Assembly: GCA_945883805.1 (NCBI GenBank)
Contig: CAMCYE010000006.1
Coordinates: forward strand, 10,583 to 74,582
DNA: 64,000 nucleotides
Source of the DNA: Victivallis vadensis
GTDB taxonomy: Bacteria > Verrucomicrobiota > Lentisphaeria > Victivallales > GWF2-50-93
Direction: 5' to 3'
The first letter of the stretch is position 1, and every line of letters begins with the position of its first letter. Position numbers and translations under genes: made by a program. The notes beneath the pieces are model-generated. The model did no database searches and was not told the origin of the DNA. It worked only from the letters and a program-made list of their open reading frames with translations. Shown piece after piece: positions 37,015 through 47,200 of the stretch.

Positions 37015-37992
37015 TTAAAACGATTTCAGCTTTCTCAGCCTGACGGTGTCAACAACGCCGTCCCTCACTTCAGGCGGAAAGTCTTTGGAATATTCCGGAC
37101 TGTATATGCTGCTACAGTTCCTTCCCTCTCTTTTCGAGTTGTATAAGGCCTCGTCGGCCCTCCTCAATAAATCCGTCGCAGAGGCCATTCCCTTTTCATA
37201 ACCCGCAACCCCCAGGGATATTGTCACGGGAATGCGGTACGTGTTGAATATGAACGGATGTGTTTCCACAATAAAACGGTAGCCTTCGGCTATCTTGTAG
37301 GCTTTTTCAGTGTTTGCCTTGGGGATAATCACCGCGAACTCATCTCCTCCAAACCGGAAAATAGAATTGTCGGGGTTGCAGTTCTTTGTAATAATGCCGG
37401 CTATTTCCTTCAATACATAATCTCCGACAATATGCCCGCATGTGTCATTGACCCCTTTAAAATAATCTACATCGAACAGGATAAGGGAGAACTCATTGGA
37501 TGAGATTTTCGATTTCCCGATTTCGGAATTTATCATGAGGTTGAAATATCGCCTGTTGAAAAATCCTGTCAGGTCATCCTTATAATTCAACTCCCTGTGC
37601 ATCTCGTAGAAATAATATTCAGGCTCCCCTTCCAGAAGATATTTCAAGGTCACGCTTCCGACCTTTACGATATCACCGTTCTCAAGGGGTATGTCCCCAT
37701 TCAGCTTTATCCCGTTTACTTCGGTGCCGTTCAGCGAACCCAGATCCTCGGCCGCAACATTCAATTTCTCATCAACAATAATCTTCAGGTGCTTCCGCGA
37801 GACATTCGGGAAGGAAATCACAATATCGCATTCGGGATCGCGTCCAATCAGGGTGTCTCCCTTCAGCAGTTTGTACATTGTGCCCTTCGTCTCTCCGTCA
37901 AAGACCATCAGGCAGCATTTCCTGTCAATGTTAAAATCGCTTTTGGATTCATCCGGATTCATCCCGATTGTAGTTTTCTCAGATCCAGACAC
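37015..37992 (-). CDS. FHA domain-containing diguanylate cyclase (FHA-GGDEF)
   Basis: FHA signature GRDPECDIVI...VSRKHLKI...GSLNGTEVNG. GGDEF active site RFGGDEFAVI. Confidence 0.88.
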   Translation of the reverse strand: MSGSEKTTIGMNPDESKSDFNIDRKCCLMVFDGETKGTMYKLLKGDTLIGRDPECDIVISFPNVSRKHLKIIVDEKLNVAAEDLGSLNGTEVNGIKLNGDIPLENGDIVKVGSVTLKYLLEGEPEYYFYEMHRELNYKDDLTGFFNRRYFNLMINSEIGKSKISSNEFSLILFDVDYFKGVNDTCGHIVGDYVLKEIAGIITKNCNPDNSIFRFGGDEFAVIIPKANTEKAYKIAEGYRFIVETHPFIFNTYRIPVTISLGVAGYEKGMASATDLLRRADEALYNSKREGRNCSSIYSPEYSKDFPPEVRDGVVDTVRLRKLKSF

Positions 37993-38087
37993 GGCGAACC
38001 CTCCATTTTAATGAGTATAACGTACCAACTGCAAGTCATTTATCAAGGTTTGGAGCACATGTTCCGCACATTTATGGACACATTTTT

Positions 38088-41000
38088 ATGAATCCGGGTT
38101 TCAAGGGCGCCGTCACCATGATATGTTATAAGTTGGATTTATGTTTTCAGAGGGAGGAAATTCAATCTGATATGTCCAGAAATCCCGTCAACAATCTTGA
38201 TTCAATCCTCGACAAGGATGTCCAAAAGAAGGCCAAGGAGCTTCTGAAGTCGGGGGCTCTTCTATTCTGCTGTCTGGATGATGACGGCAGGCTCACCGCC
38301 ATTTTACGAGAGTCGGCAAAATCCGTCTTCCATGTCAGAGTGGATTTAAAAGGCGGAGAAACGGTTTCACACTGCAGTTGCGCTTCGGAATCAGGACTTT
38401 GCATACATGCCGCCGCCGCTATTGTCCACTATTTCAAATACTCCAGTGACGCCTCCCCTAAAAACAGGACTGCCGACAAAAAACCCGTTTTTGCCGGGAT
38501 TGACCAGAAAGAAATCGACAGTCTCTTAAATGACGGCAGCGACGAGTTCAAGGCGGGAATAACTCTTGAGCTCGAAGCGGAAATGCCGCATTCCCCAAGC
38601 AGATGGGCGAAATGTGTCTTCGAAGTGAATATGAATTTCGAGAAAAGAAGTTACAAAGGCTCCCTTGCCAATCTGCGGCAGATCCACTTCAAGGACTCGC
38701 TCGGCGGAAACATGCGGATTTCACACTTTCCACCGCAGGACAGGCAGATCATACGTTTCCTGTCCACAAATGCCGAGGCTGACGGGTTCAAGCTCCAACT
38801 CAGTTCGGAAGCCGCCGCCGATTTCTTCCACTGCCTCTCCGGATTCGAAAATTTCTACTGCGGGAAGGAAAAAGTAACCGTGCACAAGATTCCCGCCGCC
38901 CCGGTGCTTTCATCGCTGAAGAGCGGAGACTCATGTTTTCTGAGGCCCGGAATTGAAACTGACAGAGGGGTGATTCCCCTGAAAGATCCCAGAATCATCA
39001 TGGGGAAGTCGGGATGTTGGGCCGGACTCGCCGGAGATTACTGGTGGATCCCCGCCACATTTGACCTGGTCTGGCTGAGAAACTTCCTGCATGCGAAAGA
39101 GCAGCACTGCGAAAAAGGAAAAGCGGAAAAAATATTCGCCGAATTCTCCAGGCATTCCATAAAAACCTCGGTTCTCCAGCCACCGAGTCTCCGTTACCGC
39201 GATTTCAATCCCGTTTATTATGCGAAGATCGCAAAGGACAAATCCCTTCAGCTTGAACTGAAATTCAATTACGCGGGAACACTTGTATCCCCAGGCGAAA
39301 AAAGACTTGCGGAATCCGCAGGCATCTACTGGAAAAGAAATCTGGAACGCGAAAGGGAATACGAAAACGAGATACTCCTTGCCGGATTCAACAGGAAAGC
39401 GGGCGCCAATGGAATTTATTTCCTGACCGACACGGAAGCCACCGGACTTTTCTTTGAAAAAATCCTGGGGAAATGGATTGCAGGGAAAAGGGAGCTTTTC
39501 ATATCCCCGGAATGCGCATCCTTCATAAAGACAGGATCACTTGAGGAGTTCGCCCTGAAATTCGTCGCCGTCACCGAAAACGGCGGCTTCTACGAAATCA
39601 AATACCGGATTTGCACCGGCATCTGTGAAATCAAATGGAAGACTTTGGTTGACGCGGTAAAAAACGGCAGGCATTTCATAGAAACCAAAAATGGCCATTT
39701 TGGAAAAACAGGAAAAAACCTATGCGATTTCATAATGGCCGTTCACGACTTTGTCCAGACCGACCCGGAACACGACGACATCATCAGGATATCCAGGGCG
39801 TCGGCGCTCTTCTGGTACGACACCGCCAAGGCTCTCCTTGGTGAAATTCCCCCCGAATTCACAGCCCTGAGGAACCGACTGGAAAATTCCACTCACAATC
39901 CGGAAAACGAACCGGATATTTTCACCGGGACATTGAGGACCTACCAGAGGGACGGCATAGGCTGGATCGGCAAAATGTCTGAAAACGCATTGAACAGCAT
40001 TCTTGCGGACGAGATGGGTCTCGGCAAAACCATACAGGCGCTTGCCGTGATCGCATCCTGCAAGAAAAAAAATGCAAGTGGCTGTCTGCCTACACTGATA
40101 CTCTGCCCCAGCAGTCTTGTCGAAAACTGGGAAATGGAGGCGCAGAAATTCACACCCTCCCTCAAAGTGCTCGTCCTCAGGGGGCCGGACAGAATCCTCC
40201 TCGCCGATGAAATAAACAAATCCGACATCGTCATAAGTTCATACGCACTCGCCCAGAGGGATATCGGAATGTACGGGAATTTCAGTTTCAACTACCTCAT
40301 CCTCGACGAGGCGCAACATATAAAAAATCCGGACACGGCTAACGCCCGCACATGCAAGTCAATCTCGTCGGAACACAAACTTGTCCTGACTGGGACACCC
40401 CTTGAAAACTCTGCGGAGGAGCTGTGGTCCATCTTTGATTTCCTCCATCCCGGAATGCTCGGAAGCTACCGGAGTTTCAGATTGCGCTATGCCGGCATAA
40501 GGGATGACGAGGGAATACAGAAAGAACTCGCGGTGAGAGTCGCCCCCTTCATACTGCGCAGGAAAAAACTGGATGTCGCTCCCGAGCTTCCTGAAAAACT
40601 CGAACAGACCGTCTACTGCGAAATGGACGAGGAACAAAGGCGGTTCTATAACGAACTGCTGGAAAAAGGACGCGACGAATGCGCTGATTTCATCAAAGGA
40701 AAGAAAACAAAATTCGACATGCTCACATGCCTGCTGAGGCTCAGGCAGTTCTGCTGCAACCCCGCCCTCCTCCCTGCGGACTTCGCAATGCGGAATGCGA
40801 AATCCGCAAAAACCGATCTCATGCAGGAACTCCTTCTCGAATCAATAGACAGCGGGCACAGGCTCCTGCTTTTCAGCCAGTTCACCTCCCTTCTTAAAAT
40901 AGTGAGGACCTGGCTCGATGAAAAATCAATAAGATACGAATACCTCGACGGAAGCACCACAGACAGGATGGACAGGGTGATGAATTTCAACAACAGCCCT

Positions 41001-41312
41001 GACATCCCGGTATTCCTTCTCAGCCTGAAAGCCGGAGGCAGCGGACTCAACCTGACCGCCGCAGACAGGGTCATAATCTACGATCCGTGGTGGAATCCGG
41101 CAGTCGAAATGCAGGCGACCGACCGCGCACACCGGATCGGACAGGACAAGAAAGTATGCAGCATGAAGCTTGTAGTCAAGGACTCTGTAGAGGAGAAGAT
41201 GCTGACACTGCAGCGAAAAAAACAGAAGATGTTCACAAACCTGATGGACAGCACATCCTCAACCCTCAGCCACCTCAGCAACGAGGATATTGAATTCCTG
41301 CTTGGGGGATGA
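38088..41312 (+). CDS. SNF2-family helicase with N-terminal SWIM zinc finger
   Basis: SWIM motif HCSCASESGLCIHAAAA. Helicase motifs LADEMGLGKT, DEAQHIKN and QATDRAHRIGQ. The start is uncertain; an alternative ATG lies at 38172. Confidence 0.9.
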   Translation: MNPGFKGAVTMICYKLDLCFQREEIQSDMSRNPVNNLDSILDKDVQKKAKELLKSGALLFCCLDDDGRLTAILRESAKSVFHVRVDLKGGETVSHCSCASESGLCIHAAAAIVHYFKYSSDASPKNRTADKKPVFAGIDQKEIDSLLNDGSDEFKAGITLELEAEMPHSPSRWAKCVFEVNMNFEKRSYKGSLANLRQIHFKDSLGGNMRISHFPPQDRQIIRFLSTNAEADGFKLQLSSEAAADFFHCLSGFENFYCGKEKVTVHKIPAAPVLSSLKSGDSCFLRPGIETDRGVIPLKDPRIIMGKSGCWAGLAGDYWWIPATFDLVWLRNFLHAKEQHCEKGKAEKIFAEFSRHSIKTSVLQPPSLRYRDFNPVYYAKIAKDKSLQLELKFNYAGTLVSPGEKRLAESAGIYWKRNLEREREYENEILLAGFNRKAGANGIYFLTDTEATGLFFEKILGKWIAGKRELFISPECASFIKTGSLEEFALKFVAVTENGGFYEIKYRICTGICEIKWKTLVDAVKNGRHFIETKNGHFGKTGKNLCDFIMAVHDFVQTDPEHDDIIRISRASALFWYDTAKALLGEIPPEFTALRNRLENSTHNPENEPDIFTGTLRTYQRDGIGWIGKMSENALNSILADEMGLGKTIQALAVIASCKKKNASGCLPTLILCPSSLVENWEMEAQKFTPSLKVLVLRGPDRILLADEINKSDIVISSYALAQRDIGMYGNFSFNYLILDEAQHIKNPDTANARTCKSISSEHKLVLTGTPLENSAEELWSIFDFLHPGMLGSYRSFRLRYAGIRDDEGIQKELAVRVAPFILRRKKLDVAPELPEKLEQTVYCEMDEEQRRFYNELLEKGRDECADFIKGKKTKFDMLTCLLRLRQFCCNPALLPADFAMRNAKSAKTDLMQELLLESIDSGHRLLLFSQFTSLLKIVRTWLDEKSIRYEYLDGSTTDRMDRVMNFNNSPDIPVFLLSLKAGGSGLNLTAADRVIIYDPWWNPAVEMQATDRAHRIGQDKKVCSMKLVVKDSVEEKMLTLQRKKQKMFTNLMDSTSSTLSHLSNEDIEFLLGG

Positions 41313-41486
41313 TTGTTTTTATTCCCCGCCCCCAAAGAGCTTTACGCTTTTGAATGTAGCACAGGCATCCCCACAATAGCTTGCGAAAGTTTCATGTTCC
41401 GCTTGCAGCACTTGAAAAAAGATTTAAGATAAGGGATATGGAATAAAATATTTTATCATGCGGGGCGGCATTCGCAGGAGGGGAAA

Positions 41487-42677
41487 ATGATCTCGACAAG
41501 TATCAGGCTGAAGGGTTTCACCGAATCCGTAATCCGCGGAATGACCCGGCTCTCCAACAAGTATGACGCTGTAAACCTGTCGCAGGGATTCCCGGATTTC
41601 GATCCTCCGAGGGAACTGCTGGACGCATTGCAGAAATGCGTATATGACGGCCCACACCAGTATGCGGTAACCTGGGGTGCTCCGAATTTCCGCTGTGCCC
41701 TAGCGAAAAAACAGACCCGTTTCATGGGGATAACCATAGACCCGGATGAAAATCTCGTCGTGACCTGCGGCAGTACGGAGGCGATGATGGTCGCCATGAT
41801 GACCGCCTGCAACCCCGGCGACAAGGTGATAATCTTCTCGCCCTTCTACGAAAACTACGTTGCCGATACAATCCTTTCCGGAGCAATTCCCATATACGTC
41901 GGACTCAGGCCCCCGGATTTCTCCTTCGACCCGGATGAACTGCGCAAGGCGTTCGAACAGCGCCCCAAAGCGCTGATCCTATGCAACCCGTCCAACCCCA
42001 GCGGCAAAGTCTTCACCAGACAGGAACTGGAACTGATCGCCTCTCTCGCCCGGGAATTCGACACGTTTGTAATCACCGATGAAGTCTATGAGCATATCGT
42101 CTACGAACCGTCGAAGCACTGTTATATCGCCGCCCTTCCAGGAATGTTCGAGCGGACAATTTCATGCAGTTCACTTTCAAAAACCTATTCAATCACAGGC
42201 TGGCGCCTCGGCTACATCATCGCCAGCAGAACTATCATAAACGAAGCGCGCAAGGTGCATGATTTCCTGACCGTCGGGGCTCCGGCACCTCTCCAGGAAG
42301 CGGCCGTGGCGGCACTTGAACTGCCGGACAGCTATTATGCGCAACTACAAAAAGATTACACCCATAAACGCAATGTTTTCCTGTCATACCTGGACAAGGC
42401 CGGGCTGGTCTATACAAAACCGCAGGGGGCATATTACGTAATGGTCGACATATCCGGCATGGGCTGCGAATCCGATGTCGAATTCTGCGAATGGCTGGTC
42501 AGGGAAATAGGAGTCGCCGCAGTCCCAGGTTCAAGTTTCTTCAACGAACCTGTGAAAAACATGATCCGCTTCCACTTCGCCAAGAAAGAGGAAACCCTGA
42601 AAAAAGCCGGCGAACGCCTGCTCGAACTCAAAAGCAAATCTTATTCACCACGAAGAAAAGAAGGGAATGAAGGGTGA
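41487..42677 (+). CDS. pyridoxal-phosphate-dependent aminotransferase, class I/II (YbdL/kynurenine aminotransferase-like)
   Basis: PLP lysine motif SLSKTYSITGWRLGY plus NPSNPSGKVF. AGGAGG lies upstream. Confidence 0.85.
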   Translation: MISTSIRLKGFTESVIRGMTRLSNKYDAVNLSQGFPDFDPPRELLDALQKCVYDGPHQYAVTWGAPNFRCALAKKQTRFMGITIDPDENLVVTCGSTEAMMVAMMTACNPGDKVIIFSPFYENYVADTILSGAIPIYVGLRPPDFSFDPDELRKAFEQRPKALILCNPSNPSGKVFTRQELELIASLAREFDTFVITDEVYEHIVYEPSKHCYIAALPGMFERTISCSSLSKTYSITGWRLGYIIASRTIINEARKVHDFLTVGAPAPLQEAAVAALELPDSYYAQLQKDYTHKRNVFLSYLDKAGLVYTKPQGAYYVMVDISGMGCESDVEFCEWLVREIGVAAVPGSSFFNEPVKNMIRFHFAKKEETLKKAGERLLELKSKSYSPRRKEGNEG

Positions 42678-42728
42678 TTTTTACTTTGCCTCACATATGC
42701 GTCCGGCTTGACATCTGGAATCCGGATT

Positions 42729-43406
42729 TTATAGCAGATCGGCTACTTCATTTTCACCGACCGATATGAGATTTTTGACAATGGTTGTCTGCCACTTCCT
42801 GTGCATTTTGCCAAAAATGGTTTTTATGGAAGCGGATTTGCCCTCTGCGAGGAGTTGTCGGAACACCCTCAAAGCCCCTTCAATATCCCTGTCCCGCTTA
42901 TCCGGTTTCGTTCTTCTCATGAAAATAATGAACTTGTGTAATGCGTATGCAGCCGGATGCGGAACCCGTATGCTCATGCCTTCGAAATCCAGGCGGATCG
43001 CATTGTCCTGGAGAAAATGAAGATACCTTAGCGGTTGGGCGTTTATCCCGAGTTGCGGTATGGGGTAAGGCTTGTCGGATCCACGTCCCTGTTCCGGGAC
43101 AAGGAATTCGATTGTAAGTTCTGGATGGGCAAATTTAACGTATCCCTTTTCGCCTGAAAATATACGTATATAGCCAAGGTCTTCAACCAAGTCGAACATA
43201 TCATCAGGCTTCCTGAGTTTTACCGGTATTGGCACGAGGAAATCGATGTCACTGGTTCTTATGGAAGTCATGTAGGATTCCTTGTTGAAGTAATCCTTAT
43301 AGAAATAGATGCACCAGCTGCCAACTATTATAACATGCTCCAATAATCCAGCCTTGTGGTATCTTCTCAAGACTTCAATACAAAAATCAAACGTCTTCTT
43401 TTCCAC
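42729..43406 (-). CDS. nucleotidyltransferase-fold protein (GSU2403/AbiEii/MNT-like; candidate toxin)
   Basis: Minimal pol-beta NTase pattern VGS...(24 aa)...SDIDFLV near the N-terminus. GTG start preceded by AAGGAAG. 20-nt overlap with the upstream small gene. Confidence 0.55.
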   Translation of the reverse strand: MEKKTFDFCIEVLRRYHKAGLLEHVIIVGSWCIYFYKDYFNKESYMTSIRTSDIDFLVPIPVKLRKPDDMFDLVEDLGYIRIFSGEKGYVKFAHPELTIEFLVPEQGRGSDKPYPIPQLGINAQPLRYLHFLQDNAIRLDFEGMSIRVPHPAAYALHKFIIFMRRTKPDKRDRDIEGALRVFRQLLAEGKSASIKTIFGKMHRKWQTTIVKNLISVGENEVADLL

Positions 43407-43707
43407 GTAATGACTTCCTTATGTATTTTATGCGTTTATTGAGATCCCGTATAAGTTTTTTGTGCTTTTCCCTTAATTTCTTCCCTCTTTCCAGTTCAGC
43501 GAGGTCTTGCTGCGAAAAAATTTTTCCTTTGTATATGAACTTGACCTTTCTTCCCTCTCTGACGGCAAGGTACCAATAGTCTCGGCCACGAATCTTCTTT
43601 TTAACGAGGCAGCCGCCCTGATTTGATTTCAATGCGTCGCGATAGCCCTCGAGCATTTTCAATGAATTATCAAGTTCCTCGCTCAAAACACTTTTTATAA
43701 AGCCCAT
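43387..43707 (-). CDS. small basic protein (106 aa), candidate antitoxin/regulator partner
   Basis: The ATG at 43707 has GAGG 8 nt upstream. Lys/Arg-rich C-terminal helix (KKLREKHKKLIRDLNKRIKYIRKSLRGK). I recognised no family. Confidence 0.5.
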   Translation of the reverse strand: MGFIKSVLSEELDNSLKMLEGYRDALKSNQGGCLVKKKIRGRDYWYLAVREGRKVKFIYKGKIFSQQDLAELERGKKLREKHKKLIRDLNKRIKYIRKSLRGKEDV

Positions 43708-43731
43708 CTTGCGCCTCGCTGGCAAATCCTG

Positions 43732-43885
43732 TTACCAAACAAATATCTTTCCTTACAATATAATGTTTGGTAATTATAGTCAAACCTAATTACCAAACAT
43801 AAACCAGAATAGTTATGCATCTGTTTGGTAATTTGTTCAATACGGTTACCATACAAAATGCATAATTGTCATGTTTGTATGGTAA
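43732..43885. promoter_or_regulatory. triple palindromic operator-like array
   Basis: TTACCAAACA (43732-43741), N22, TGTTTGGTAA (43764-43773). TTACCAAACA (43790-43799), N22, TGTTTGGTAA (43822-43831). TTACCATACA (43846-43855), N20, TGTATGGTAA (43876-43885). The array lies directly upstream of the two-gene module. Confidence 0.7.
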
Positions 43886-44104
43886 AAGGCGTTGTAGTTT
43901 TAGAGATCCACAGGCCGGAAGCTTATACTGCTTTGATCTGATGAAATGGCAAACAGGTTTGGAAAGGGTTGGGGTGCGGGAAAGGGAAGAACCTTTCCTT
44001 AAAATGTTTTCACTATAAACTGGATATAGGAATATTTAAAAATCCTGACAATCCTGTAATCCTGTCGAAATATCTTAAATCCCGGCGGAGCCGGTTAAGT
44101 CCAT

Positions 44105-44245
44105 TGAAAAATATTTTCACGCCTACGTTCAAGCACTTACAGATTTTCTCCTGCTCATACATAAAAACCAGATTGATTTTTCCGCTTTGAAAAGGAATAG
44201 TTCATGAAAATATTTTCACCGCTCAAAGGTGAAAATATTTTTCAC
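44105..44245 (+). promoter_or_regulatory. three copies of the palindromic motif TGAAAATATTTTCAC in the dnaE leader
   Basis: The copies are TGAAAAATATTTTCAC (44105-44120), TGAAAATATTTTCAC (44205-44219) and TGAAAATATTTTTCAC (44230-44245). The last two can pair as a ~16-bp hairpin 15 nt upstream of the ATG. Confidence 0.6.
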
Positions 44246-44260
44246 AGGGAAAAAAAACAT

Positions 44261-47200
44261 ATGGGAACTGAATTCGTACATCTGCATGTCCATTCGGACT
44301 ATAGCATACTTGACGGGGCCTGCTCGGTGAAGGGGCTTGCGAAACTCGCAGTAGAACACAGAATGGGGGCTGTCGCGATAACCGACCACGGATACATGGG
44401 CGGCGCATTGGAATTCTACATGGAGATGAACAAGAACAAAGTCAAACCCATCATCGGACTCGAGACTTATGTGTCTCCCACAAACAGGTTTGACAATGAC
44501 AACAGCAAAGACAACATCCGTGGATTCCACCTCATACTCCTCGCGGAAAGTTTTGAGGGATACCAGAACCTCTGTAAACTTGCAACCGCCTCCGTCCTTG
44601 AAGGATTCTACTACAATCCCAGGATCGACAAGGAAATACTGGGCGCCCACAGCAAGGGGCTGATCGGCATGAGCGCGTGTCTCAGCGGGGAAATAGCAAA
44701 GGCCATTCTTAACAATAAGATAAAGGATGCGAAAAAAATCCTTTCACAGTATCTGGACATATTCGGAAAGGACAATTTCTATCTGGAAATCATGGAGCAC
44801 GGTATCCCCGACCAGAAAATCGTAAACAAGGAGTTAGTCCTCCTGAGCCGCGAATTCGGAATTCCGCTCGTTGCGACAAATGACGTCCATTACCTGAAAA
44901 AAGAACACGCGTACTCGCATGAATTGATGCTCTGCATCCAGACGCATGCGGTCATAAGCGATGAAAAAAGAATGAGGCTCACAGGCGACCAGTTCTACTT
45001 CAAGAACGGGGATGAGATGGCGGAGATTTTCCCGGAACTGCCGGAATCCCTGAAAAACACCCTCAAAGTAGCCGAGAGATGCAATGTCAATATACCGATT
45101 ACCAATGTCAATCACTATCCGGTATACCATGTCAACGATGGGGAGACGCAAAAGGATGTCCTCAGGAAAATATGCGTCGAAGGCGTCAAGGACAGATACG
45201 GTTTTGACGCTTCAGACGAAAACGCCCTCACCGGGGAACAGAAGAAAATCATGGAGAGGATGGATTTCGAGCTCGGGGTGATCGACAAGTCGAAATATTC
45301 AAGTTATTTCCTTGTTGTCTGGGATTTCATAAAATACGCCCGCGACAACAAGATTCCCGTAGGACCCGGGCGAGGCAGCGGCGCAGGAAGCATAGTCGCC
45401 TATCTCAGCAGGATCACCGATATAGACCCGCTCAGGTACAAGCTCCTGTTTGAGAGGTTTTTGAATCCCGAGCGCGTGAGTCCGCCTGACTTCGATATTG
45501 ATTTCTGCGAAAACCGCAGGCATGAAGTCATTGATTACGTCCGGGAAAAATATGGGAAGGACAGCGTTGCCCAGCTCGGCACGTATGGAAAGCTCAAGCC
45601 GAAGGCGGTCGTGAAGGATCTGGCAAGGGTCATCGGCCGGTCTTTCGCTGAGGGGAACCAGCTCACCAAACTTATTCCCGACAAGAAACAGGCGGAGGAA
45701 GGTGATGCCGACACCCAGATCACCTTGAAGTCCGCAATAGCCCAGAGCAGGGAACTCAGGGATTTCATGGATAAGGAGGAATGGGTCCGGAATGTCATAA
45801 AAGACGCCGAACCTCTCGAAGACCTGATAAGAAACATGACAATCCACGCCGCCGGCGTGATTATCGGAGATCAGCCTCTGAGCAATCTCGTCCCCCTCGC
45901 CTCAGGCGGAAAGGATGAGGTGATAACCCAGTATGCCGCAAAATATTGCGAGGCGCTGGGTCTCCTGAAAATGGACTTCCTCGGCCTCAGCACCCTTACA
46001 ATCATAGATGATGCGGTAAAAAGGATAAAGACGCACAGGAATATTGACATTGACATTGAGAAAATATCCCTTGAGGACAAGGAGGCGTTCAATCTCCTGA
46101 ACAGGGGCGACACTATCGCCGTGTTCCAGCTTGAATCTTCCGGCATGCAGGACCTCTGCAAAAAATTCGGGGTCGGAAAAATAGAGGATCTCATCGCCCT
46201 CATCGCAATATACCGTCCAGGTCCGATGCAGTTCATCCCGGAATTCATATCCAGGAAAATGGGCCAGACGAAAATCGAGTACGACCACCCCGCAATGGAG
46301 CCGATCCTGAGGGAGACCTACGGCATCATGCTTTATCAGGAGCAGATAATGCAGACAGTTCAGGTTGTGTCGGGTTTCTCGCTCGGCCAGGCGGACATAC
46401 TGCGGAAAGCGATCGGCAAGAAGGATGTCAAGGCGATGACTGAACAACATGAAAAGTTTGTCCAGGGCTGTGCGAAAAACAATATTTCCGCCCCGAAGGC
46501 CGATCAGATATGGGAGAAAATTGCGAAGTTCGCAGGTTACGGGTTTAACAAATCGCACAGCGCGGCGTATGCGTTCCTAGCCTACAGGACGGCATATCTC
46601 AAGGCGAATTATCCCGTGGAATTCATGGCGTCGGTCCTTTCAAATGTCATCACCACCGCCGAAAAAGTCGCATTCTTCATCCAGGAATGCAAGGAGATGA
46701 ACATTGCGATCCTGCCCCCGCATGTGAACAGGAGCAATGCCGCATTCACCGTCGACGGCAATGCGATCAGGTTCGGCCTTGCGGCGATAAAGGGAGTAGG
46801 TGAAGGTGCCGCCCAGGCCATTATCGAGTCCAGGGAAAAAGAGGGGGAATTCAAAGACCTTATAGAATTCTGCGAGAGGGCGGGGACATCTGCAAACAGC
46901 CGCGTACTTGAGAATCTCGCAAGGGTCGGCGCCTTCGACGGCTTCAATCTGAAGAGATCCCAGCTTGTGAATATGATGGAACCGGCAATGGCGATGGCTG
47001 CAAAGAAGGCGGAAGACAGGAAAAGCGGACAGGGATCCCTTTTCGACATGTTCCAGGGCGGGGAAAAAGACGAAATGACGAATGTCCCAGTACCAGACAT
47101 ACCGGAGTTCAATGAAAAGGAAATGCTCGAGAACGAAAAAGAGCTTCTCGGTTTCTATGTGACGGGGCATCCGCTCGGGGAGTTTGCCGGAATGATAAAA

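Noticed and set aside
44204-44260. N-terminal extension of dnaE (MKIFSPLKGENIFHREKKH) in the ORF track
   Set aside because: The extension is encoded by the two palindromic TGAAAATATTTTCAC copies. The ATG at 44261 gives the canonical FVHLHVHSDYS PHP N-terminus and has an AGGGA upstream.
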